NCBI GenBank assembly: GCA_964450225.1
Contig: CAYVFT010000002.1
Span: 4,044-68,043, forward strand
From: an uncultured Crenothrix sp.
GTDB taxonomy: Bacteria > Pseudomonadota > Gammaproteobacteria > Methylococcales > Methylomonadaceae
Direction of reading: 5' to 3'
DNA length: 64,000 nt
The notes under the pieces were generated by a model that had not been told where the DNA came from, did no database searches, and worked only from the letters and a program-made list of their open reading frames with translations. Positions 27,300 through 37,500 of the stretch are shown here, piece after piece. A program made the position numbers and the translations under genes. Every line of letters starts with the position of its first letter. Position 1 is the stretch's first letter.

Positions 27300-28097
27300 C
27301 TAGTGCAATCCCTCTTTTGGAGGCAGATCACTTTCATCAACTGCCATAGTTTCTTCGTCGGGTTTTTTATCTGCATCATGAGCGGCAGTTTTTTCTACCA
27401 TCGAATTAAAATTTTTCATTGATTGTAAATGCAGATAAAGCAATTCCAACTCATCAGTTTTAAAGAGTGCAACAATCTGGTCATCAGGCAAATTTTTCAA
27501 ACGATCACGGTTGACTGCCATAAATCCGGCTAATCGTAATTGCTGTCCGGAGTTCAAAGTAAACTGGGCTTGCATCGGCTCCAACAAATCCAGCTCTTGT
27601 AATTTTTTACAAAACATTTGGGTACGACGAAACTGTCCCTGGTAGTCATTAACAAAGCGCAATACATTTTCCAGATATTGAGTACGTTCACCATCAGCAT
27701 CGAATAAATGCTCCCCTCGACCATCCTGATTGCACCCGGCAAATTCCTCGTCTATGCACAGCGTAAATGTCGATTCGTCCGAATTACTCGAAAAAACAAA
27801 TGGATAGCGCCGGATAAAGGCAGGAATATATTTTGCCTTCCAGCCGTTCGTTTCGTTCAAATAAAGGTTCTCATTATCGCGCATACCCAGAATGGCAATA
27901 GGCATCATCGTCTCATCTTTTCCTGCAAACACAATACTATATTCTGCTGCCGCGTGAGGAAACTCCACCGCTACCAGCGGCACCGAATTCACTTGCCGGG
28001 CAAAGGCATAATCAGCACCAGTCTTGACGGACCAACCTTTATGTCGCTGGCTGGATAGTGGCACGGCTCTTTCATATATTAATAACTGTGTGCTCAT
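27300..28097 (-). CDS. SapC-family protein (function unknown)
   Basis: Strong match by eye to the SapC family pattern: VPL......H.....V......FA......VPLV..EF..AA.EY.IVF; YIPAFIRRYPFVF; LCIDE. A GAGGA Shine-Dalgarno lies 9 nt upstream of the ATG. Confidence 0.8.
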   Translation of the reverse strand: MSTQLLIYERAVPLSSQRHKGWSVKTGADYAFARQVNSVPLVAVEFPHAAAEYSIVFAGKDETMMPIAILGMRDNENLYLNETNGWKAKYIPAFIRRYPFVFSSNSDESTFTLCIDEEFAGCNQDGRGEHLFDADGERTQYLENVLRFVNDYQGQFRRTQMFCKKLQELDLLEPMQAQFTLNSGQQLRLAGFMAVNRDRLKNLPDDQIVALFKTDELELLYLHLQSMKNFNSMVEKTAAHDADKKPDEETMAVDESDLPPKEGLH

Positions 28098-28229
28098 TGA
28101 ATCATTTCCTCATTTGATTATTATTTATTGAACTCATAAGACGCTTCTCCATGTATTTTTGACTACTTAACCGAGAACATCGGTTTAACCCCCTGATTAA
28201 AACGCTCTTCCCTTCCTTGGCAGAGCTTG

Positions 28230-28258
28230 AGTATAGAAAATTAAATTTTCATTAGCAA
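28230..28258 (-). promoter_or_regulatory. Candidate sigma70-type promoter upstream of the SapC-family gene
   Basis: On the minus strand: TTGCTA (28253-28258), a 17-nt spacer, then TATACT (28230-28235), about 130 nt upstream of the ATG at 28097. This is a pattern match only. Confidence 0.25.
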
Positions 28259-28478
28259 TAGAATATTGAACAGGAAAATTACCTTGCACAGAATATTATT
28301 GATCGTTTGTTTTAATTTCCATTCTTAAGGTTATATTCACCTAAAAACATCAATTGAAGTTTGCGCTGTAGTCCGTTCGTGCCAAACTGTGTGCTTGTCA
28401 AACAGTCGATGCCTAAACGGACTTCAATGCACTCACACTTTGGGTGAGCCTTTCTGGAATATAAATTATTGAACAATA

Positions 28479-28497
28479 CCGGTATATTCTTTACCGG
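28479..28497 (-). terminator. Weak hairpin immediately after the giant-gene stop codon
   Basis: CCGGTA (28479-28484) and TACCGG (28492-28497) form a 6-bp stem with a 7-nt loop, 14 nt downstream of the TAA (28512-14). It is followed by an AT-rich but not U-run tail, so it is not a convincing intrinsic terminator. Confidence 0.2.
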
Positions 28498-28511
28498 AAA
28501 TCACCTGATGA

Positions 28512-31500
28512 TTATTTTCTCCAGCTACGTGCAGCCATTTTCTTCAACCAGGTTACCAGACCTTCGATTTCACCTGCCTCAGTTACAGGTGCAGCTGAAG
28601 TAAGCCGTTTATCATCGGCAAGCGACAGTAGGTACAACTCATGACGCGGCTTGTTTAAGTCCTGGTCCATGACAACCAGAAATTCATCCTGCTCATTCGT
28701 GACGGTCATCGCACTCTGCTGATCAGACTTGAGAAACGACCCTGAATCGGCATCGAAAAAACTGACCTCTGTTGTAGACGTTGGCAATTCACGTACGCCA
28801 GCCGCCAGCGTGGCATCCATCAATTCTGCTTGACCGTTGGCTGCTTCCGTATGCGTATACCCCAGAACGTGACCTATTTCATGACTAATCACAGTCAACA
28901 GATCCATGCGCCCATTCGCATCGCTTTGCGCCGTGGCCAGCAAACTGCCGTCCGGCATACCCAGATATTCCTCGCTCAATGCCGGTGTGGGATCGACGAA
29001 CCAGCCATAACCCGCTGCATCGGTGTCAACTAAAATACGACCATCACTAATCTCGCCCAGGTTCAGTCCAGGCAGATCCACCACATCCACCCGTATCGCC
29101 TCCAGTAGGTCGAGTTGCTGTGATGTCAAACCGACACCCGCCCACTGCTGTTTGGCTTCGGCCACAATAGAAACCAGGTCGGACGAATTTAATAGCTCTC
29201 CATTGGCTTCTGCTGTGGCCGGGGCTGCTGCAGCTTGCAACAATTTCGGATCCTTGTTCTCCGGATGGGCCTGCTGGTTGCCGTTGTGGAGATTGCCCGC
29301 CACGCACAACACCAGCCGGCCTTGCGGATCTCTGATCTCGATCTGGGCGAAATCGGAAGTTCCCCCCTCGCCGTTGTCGGTGAACATGAACGACACATGA
29401 TACCCCGACACTCCGTTGAACGAGCCGATACCCTGACCGACCAGCGTGTCGAAAGGCGCGGACCGCGGCAGCGGATTCAGCGTTAAATCGTCGTAGCAGG
29501 CCATGGAGGTGACCTGCTCGAGGTGGAAGTTATTTTTGTCCCAGTTGACCTCGAGATTGTTGGGCCCGATCGTCATGTCGCAGTGCAGTTCAAAGCCGTG
29601 CGTGACCCGCGTATCGTCGGCCGTGAAGATGCTGCCGCCGCCGGTCATTCGACCGTCGGTGTGCGCCGGCAAGGTGACCACGAAGTTCGCCGGATCGTCG
29701 TCGCGCACCTTGGTGCCCGTCACGACGTCGGTACCGGTGACCTGGGCGACGTTGATGTAGGCGCCCTGCTGCAGCACGGTGGTGTAGACACCGGCCGAGG
29801 TGTACAGCCAAGTCTCGCCGGGGTTGAGCAGGCCGTCCGTATTCTTGTCGCCCACGTTCCATTGGGCCTTCATTACCGGGACGGGCTTGAAATCGTCACC
29901 AATCACATTGGTGACTGCGTCGTCGACGATCGTGATGTCTTTCAACGCATTGGCGCCGAGGTTGGTCACCTGGAATGTAAAGGTCGGAACCGACCCATTC
30001 TGCAGCGTCACCGGGCGGAGCGGGTCGTTCGCGTCCTCTTGTACCGTCGGATGATTTGGATCGACCGCATTGATTGACTTAACGATGCTGATGCCCGCCG
30101 ATGTACCGAAGTAGTTGGCCTGATCATCGTCGATATAGCTCAGGCCCGTGTCGTCATTGAATGCCTTGACAGTCACGGTGTTCGCGTGCTGGCCTGCCAA
30201 CGCCGTCGTCGGCGCACCGGTCACGCCGGCCGAGGTGAACAGCCAGACTTCTTCGACACCGAGGATGCCGTCAGCAACACCGCCGTTGGGACCCACGTCA
30301 CCGCTGACGTAAGTCGGCATGAAGCCGTCGGAATCGCGCAGGTTAACGATGTTGAGCGGGACGCCGGCCTGGTTGTACACGAGGTAGGTCCAGACCACCG
30401 GTGTGCCGATCTGCAGGATCGGCCCGGTCGGGAAGTCGGCATCCTCGAAGCGCGTCGGCGCCGTCGGCTGCTGCGCATTGATCGCCTTCTCGATCCGGAT
30501 GCCGCCGGTCTGGCCCAGGTAGCTGGCTGCATCGGTGTCGGTGACGACACGCGCAGTGCGGGTATCGGTCCCGGTAGCCTTGACGACGTTGGTGTGCAGG
30601 CCGAGTTCGGCCGATGAGCCGAAGGCCGCGCTGCCCACCGAGGTGTAGCTCCACACCTCGCCGACGTCCAGCAGGTTGTTGCGGTTCGCGTCGCCGACGT
30701 TAAAGCCGGCGCTGAGCACCGCCACCGGCGTGAAGTCGTCCGTGGCCAGGCCCGGCGTGCCGTTGTCGTCGATCAGCGAGGTCACCGTCAGTGGACCGTT
30801 GCCGCTATTGGACAGCAGGTACGTGAAGGTCACGGCCGTGCCTACGTTCATCACCACTGGCGCTAACGGGTTGTCGGCATCTTCTGCGATCGTCGGCCGG
30901 CGCGGGTCGACGGCGTTGATCGCCTTCTCGACGTCAATCCGGGCGACGGTGCCGAAGAGGTTTGCGGGATCGTCGTCCATCACGACGGTATTGGTCCGCG
31001 TATTGACCGCGCTGACCGTAGCGTAGTTGGTGTACGTCCCCTCGCCCACGGTCCTCGTGGCGCTATATAGCCAGATCTCGGTCTTGTCGAGCAGGCCGTT
31101 CTTGTTGTTGTCGCCGGTGTTGTAGACCTTGCCGCCAGCCGTGATAGTCACCGGCGCCGGCACGAAGTCGTCGGCCGTGTTGCCAACTGTACCGTTGTCG
31201 TCGACCAGGGTCACGGTGCCAAGCGTGTCGGCCCCGGTATTGCTCACGGCATAGGTGAATACCGCCAACGTGCCGGCCGGCAGGATGACCGGCGTCGCCG
31301 GATTGTTGGCATCCTCGGCCGTGGTCGGCGCGAGCGGCTTGACGGCATTGACGGCCTTGACCACCTGCAGCCCGCTTTGCGAGCCGTAGTAGTTGGCCAG
31401 GTCGCTCGACGTGGCGACGGACGAGGTGACCGGGTCGCGCACCGACACGCTGCCCGTGTTGGTGTACTGACCGGCCGCGACGGTGCCGCTAGCGCGATAT

Positions 31501-34500
31501 AGCCACACCTCGTTGGTGTCGAGCAGGTTGTCGTGATCGATGTCGCCGATGTTGAACGACATGCCTGTGGCCAGCACCGCAGCCGGCGTGAAGTCATCGG
31601 CCGCATTGGCCGCCGTGCCCGCATCGTCACGCAGCGATTGTACCGCGACAGCCACGTTGCCAGTGTTGAACAACTGGTAGGTCCACACCACCGTGCTGCC
31701 GACCGTCAGGATTGGGCCGGTCACCGTGTCGGCGTCCTCATAGGCCGTCGGTGCATTCGGATTCAGCGCATTGACGGCTTTCTCCAGCCGCACGCCGACC
31801 ACCGCAGCGGTCTGCGAACCGAAGTAGTTGGCCGCATCATCGTCCTGAACCACCGCATTGGTGGTAACCACCGTGCCGCTGACCTTGGCGAGATTGCGGT
31901 TGGCCCCGGAAAGGACCAGGTAGCCGCCAGCCGAGGTACCTGCGGAGGTGTAGCGCCAGACTTCGCCGACGTCGAGCAGGTTGTCGTGGTCGATATCGCC
32001 AAAGTTGAATCCTGCGCTGAGCACGGCCGCAGGCGTGAAATCGTCCGTAGCATCGAGCGGCGTGCCGGCATCGTCAGAGATCGACGTAATACGGATCGCA
32101 TCGGTGCCGTCGTTGAAGACCTGGTAGGTCCAGGTGATCGGCGCACCGACCTGCAGGGTCGGGCCGGGCGCGGCATCCGCATCCTCGGCGGCCGTCGGCT
32201 GAGCAGGGTTGGCCGCATTGATCGCATTCTCGATGCGGATCGTGCCGACCTGACCGAGGTAGCTGGCCGCGTCAGCATCACTTGATGTGCGAGCGATTCG
32301 CGTGTCCGTTCCGAGCACCTCCACCGTGTTGGTGTGCAGGCCGAGTTGCGCCACCGCGTTGCCGATCGAGGTGCCGGCCGACGTGAATCGCCATACCTCA
32401 CCCACGTCGAGCAGGTTGTTGCGGTTCGCGTCGCCGACGTTGAAGGCAGTGCCCGTGGCCAGTACCGCAGTCGGCGTGAAGTCATCGCTCGAGTTGACCG
32501 GGGTGCCGGCATCGTCGCGCAATGAGTCGAGCGTCAGCGGCCCGTTGCCGCCGTTGGACACCAGGTACGTGAACGTTAACGCCGTGCCGAGGTTCAGGAC
32601 CATCGGCCGGTTCGGATCGTCGGCATCTTCGGCCGCTGTCGGGTTGGCGGGATCGATGGCATTGATGGCCTTCTCGACATCGATCCGGGTCAGGGCACCG
32701 AACACATTCGCCGGGTCGTCATCGCGCACCGCGACGCCGGTCCGGTTGTTGACCGCGCTGACGGTGGCGTAGTTGGTGTACGCGCCGTCGGCGATCAAAA
32801 GCGTGGCGCTGTAGAGCCAGGTCTCGCCCTTGTCGAGCAGGTTATTGTGGTTTACGTCGCCGACGTTGTTGCTCGTGCCCAAGGCCAGCACAGCCGACGG
32901 CACGAAGTCGTCTCCGGTGAAGCCGATGGTGCCTGCATCATCGATCAGGCTCACGTTGCGCAGCGAGTCATTTGTGGTCGTCGTGACGGCGTAGCTGAAG
33001 ACTACCGTCGAACCGGCCGCTACGTTGACGGGCGCCGCCGGATTGTTGGCATCCTCCGCCGTGGTCGGCGCGGCCGGATTGACGGCGTTGACCGCCTTGA
33101 CGACCTGGACGCCGGCCGCGCTGCCGAAGTGATTGGCGACATCGGTCGAAGTGGCGGTAGCGCGGCTGATCTGGTCGATCACCGTGACCGTCGCCTGGTT
33201 GGTATACTGGCCCGCGCCGGCGGTGCCGGTGGCACGGTAGAGCCACACTTCACTGACGTCGAGCAGGTTGTCGCGGTCAATGTCGCCGACGTTGAAGCCT
33301 GCGCTGAGCACGGCGGCCGGCGTAAAGTCGTCGCCCAGGTTGCCCGGCGTGCCGGCATCATCGCGCAGTGACTGCACCGACGTAGCCACGTTGCCCGTGT
33401 TGAACAGTTGATAAGTCCAGACTACAGTGCTGCCCACCGGCACGACCGGGCCAGTCGCGAAGTCGGCGTCCTCGTAGGCCGTCGGTGCATTCGGGTTGGC
33501 AGCATTGACGGCCTTCTCGAGCTTCACGTCCACGACCGACGAAGTGCGCGACCCGAAGTAGTTGACCGGATCATCGTCCTGCACGGTCAGGGACGTGCCG
33601 TTAATCGTGCCTTTGACCGTCACCACGTTCTTGTGCGCGCCGACCCCGGCCAAGTAAGTGCCCGTTCCGGCCGAGGTGAATCGCCAGACTTCGCCGGGGT
33701 CGAGCAGGTTATCCAGATCGGTATCGCCAACATTGAAGCCGGCGTTGAGTACGGGCGCCGGAGTGAAGTCGTCAGCCGCCGTCGACGATCCCGCGGTGCC
33801 GCCGTTGTCGCGGATCGAGTTGATGCGGATCGCGTCGGCACCGTCGTTGAAGACCAGGTAGGTCCAGGTGATCGGCGTGTCGACCTGTAGAGTCGGTCCG
33901 GGCGCTGCATCGGCATCTTCCGCGACCGTGGGTCGGGTCGGATCGGAGGCATTGATCGCATTCTCGATGCGTATTGACGCGGTCACGGACCCATACCCGT
34001 AGTAGTGCGCCGGGTCGATGTCGCTATGCTGCACACCAGCCAGATCAAGAGCCGTGACTTGAGCTAGGTTGACATAGGCGCCGGCCTTAGCCTTGCCTGT
34101 CGCAGTGTAGAGCCAGATCTCGTTGGTATCGAGCTGGTTGTCGCGATCGACGTCGCCGACATTGAATGCCGTGTCGCCCACCACCACCGTGACTGCTACG
34201 GGCTCGAAATCGTCCGCCGTATTGGCAGACGTACCGGCATCGTCCACGAGCCGAACGTTCGTCAGAGTCAGATCGCCTGTATTGCGCACCTGGTAGGTCC
34301 AGGTCACTGTGCTGCCGACGGCCACGAGCGGGCCCGAGCCGACATTGGCATCCTCGCCGTTCACGGCCTTAACGATCGACACTCCGGCGATGACCGGGAT
34401 GTTGAAGTCGCAGCCGCAGTCTGGCGGGCTATCCATATCTTCAGGAGCACCCTGCGTGTCACGATGGACGCCGCCAATGTTGCCCGGTTGCGGGTCTCGC

Positions 34501-37500
34501 GGTCCACCGTGCTGGTCGTTCCAGTCCGGATCATCCTGGTCGACCAGGCCGAGCTCGCCATTCGGCTCGAAGATCGTTGGATCGGCTCCTTCTCCGGTGC
34601 CCAGCGCTTGGATGAATGCCTTGACATGCGGGCTCAACAGCCGATTCACGGTCGGCGCACCGAAGGGGCTGAACGGGACGATGAAGCTGTTGAATTCGCC
34701 CGTCCAGTCGAACAGACGATCGCCGCCGGTGTTGGCCATCAAGACGTCAAGATCGGCGCCGCCATAGGCGAAGTCGGCATCGGCGAACAGTGTAGCGTCG
34801 GGGCCGTCGTTCAGGCCGCCGTTGGTGTCCATGTTGTCGTCGGCATTAAGGTAGTCGTCGCCTCGGCCGCCGAACATGCGGTCGGCACCGGTGCCGCCGA
34901 CCAGCCAGTCATTACCGGTATCGCCAAAGATCCGATCGCTGCCGTCGTGGCTCTTGATCGACTCACCTGCCACCTGGATGAGAGCGCCCGTGCTCTCGTC
35001 GATGCGGTAGGTATCGAAATTGAGCAGGAAGTTTTCGATCTTCGTGCGCGGCTCTTCGGCATTGTATTCCGCCAGCTTGCGCGTTAGCGGGTCATAACCA
35101 AGCGGGTTTGCGGGGTCGTAGCCCAGTGCCGCTTGCGTCTGCGGAGCCTCGGTGTAGAACTCGCGCTCGGCCTCGGCGCCGGAGATTGCATCGTCACCCG
35201 CACCACCGTGCAGGAAGTCGCAGCCCAGACCGCCGTAGATCACATCGGCGCTGCCCAGTTCGAACGCCGCGAGGTCGACGGTCTTCTGGATCTCGCCCGT
35301 GATGTTGACCACTGCACCGACGAACGGGCCCGGGATCGTGAGCAAGGTCTGCTCGCTAACCTCGAACACATTGTTCAGAGACTCGATCAGGCCGTTGCGG
35401 CTTGTCCGGATCTTGCCATCGTCACCCAGGATGCCATCGGTTCCTGTGCCGCCGTATAGGCGGTCGTAGCCGATGCCGCCGTAGATGTCGTCGCCCTGGC
35501 CTTCGCCGAACGCAACATCGTTGCCCGTCATGCCGTGGATCGTGTCGTTGCCCGCCTCGCCATGCAACAGGTCGTCAGTGCCGCGATCGTTCGCGCCGCG
35601 CACGCCTTGTGTGTAGTCCAGCAGCACGAAGGCACGCGGGATGATCTTGTGGCCGGCCGCCGAATCGTCGTAGTTAAAGCTGAGAAAAGCGACCGGCGTG
35701 CCGGGTTGTCCGTTAGTTCCAACCAGTCGGTAGATATTGCCGTTATCCCCCAGAATAACATCAGCATCGCGCGACTGGCCGTCCACGGTCACGTCGCAGT
35801 CGTCCGGCTCGGCGCCGATGTCGTTCCGTACCAGACGCGTGCCGGCACCACCGAAGATCGTATCGGAACCGGCGGGACGCATGGCAGGCGCGATCAGGCT
35901 GAACTGGTCGGAGTTGTCGCCGATCAGGTCGTCCTGGCCCAGGTTACCGAAGATCAGATCGTTGCCGCCGTTGCCTTCAATGTAGTCGTCGCCATCCGTG
36001 CCTGCACCGGCCAGGTCTTCTACCGACACACGGGTCACCCGCGCATTCACCGTCACCCGGCCCTCGATGTCGATCACTGAACCATCGCCCTGGATGTCGT
36101 CATTGCCCATCTGGCCGAAGATGACGTCGCTGCCGGCGCCACCCGCGATGGAGTCACTGCCGTACGCAGTCGCATCGGCCGTATCGTTGTGGTCGTATAG
36201 GCGCACGAAACGCTGCACCGCAGCGGTCGGGTCGACCTGAGCGGTCGCCGTGACCAGTGCATTCCCGTCGCCGTCATAAATGACCTCGCCGGTGAGCACG
36301 CGCATGCGCAGGTTATAGATGCCGCCCGTGCGCAGGATGTCGGCGTTGTCGCCGGCCACTACGTCGTTGCCGCTGCCGGCGTCGATCAGGTCGTCGCCGT
36401 CCTGGCCGCCAAAGGTGTTGTTAATGCCGCCGTCGCCAGCGAAGAGGTTTCCGACGTGGCCACCAATGATGTCGTCGTCGCCCGCACCACCCAGAATGCT
36501 ATCGCCGGCCTGCCCGCCAATCAGGATGTCGTCGCCGTCGTTGCCGCGAACGAGATCCGAGCCACCGTCGTCCGCGTTCTGCGTGTCGATGGAGGTCCAG
36601 GTGAAGGGGTGCACCGGCCGCACGTCGGGCGTCAGCATCAGGGACGCGTCAAGTGCCAGGTTGAGCGGCAGCAGCGATGCGTCGATTTTCTGCTCGCGAC
36701 CGAACTTGTCCTTCGCCTCGATCTTACCGTGGTCGCCAAAGATCAGGTCGTTGCCTTCATTGCCGCTGATTGTGTCAGCAGCCGTACCGCCCAGCACCAT
36801 GTCGTTGTCGGCACCGGCAACAATTGTGTCGCTACCGCCATTGTTGGGCGCATTAGTGCTGATGATGTCAATGTCCAGCGGATCGATATCCCCAAACGAG
36901 GTCAACGCAACACGCTCCTTCAAAACATAATCGACAAAGCCGTTGTCGCCCAGCACGATATCCATGCCGGCACCGGTGTCGATAATATCAGCAGCCATGC
37001 CGCCCATAACGATGTCACGTCCGCTTAAGGTGGTGATTCTGTCATTGCCGCCATCATCGGGTTGGCTAGATTCGATCCGGCCCACGGTAATAGGTTGACC
37101 GGCGAACTGCGGCGCAGATCCGATAATATTGGGATTAGTCTCGATTGTTCCACTCCGATCGGCAGTGGCTGCAATGATTCTTCCGCTGTCGCCAATGACG
37201 AGATTCTGGCCTTCGCGAGCCCTGATAGTATCGCCAAAACGCCCGCCAAGGATGATGTCCTCGCCGTCGCCGGTATCAATTATATCGGCGCCGCCGCCAA
37301 CCAGCATGGACAGGCTTTCGATCAGATCGATGTCGGCCGGATTAAAATCCGCACCGGGCACGTTCGGTGTGCGTTCGGCACGTACGTAATCGATCAGGCC
37401 GTCATCGCCGAAGACGATATTATCGTCATCTACATTGGGATTGCTTAAATCACTGGCTGTAATCGTATCGTTACCGTAACCTCCCATGATTATGTCGCGT

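Noticed and set aside
28370-28423. Inverted repeat AGTCCGTT / AACGGACT (28370-28377 and 28416-28423) as a terminator or riboswitch-like element between the giant gene and the SapC-family gene.
   Set aside because: It is an 8-bp stem with a 38-nt loop and no U-tract, so it is not convincing as an intrinsic terminator. It has no recognisable riboswitch consensus and is noted only as possible RNA structure.
18229-28511. A canonical type I secretion system (HlyB/LapB-type ABC transporter with or without a C39 domain) for the giant RTX-like protein.
   Set aside because: No ORF of at least 60 aa in the window has ABC signatures (Walker A + LSGGQ + Walker B in an ABC context). The only P-loop protein is the SecA paralogue. 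One may still exist upstream of 64000 or elsewhere, so its absence is only established for this window.
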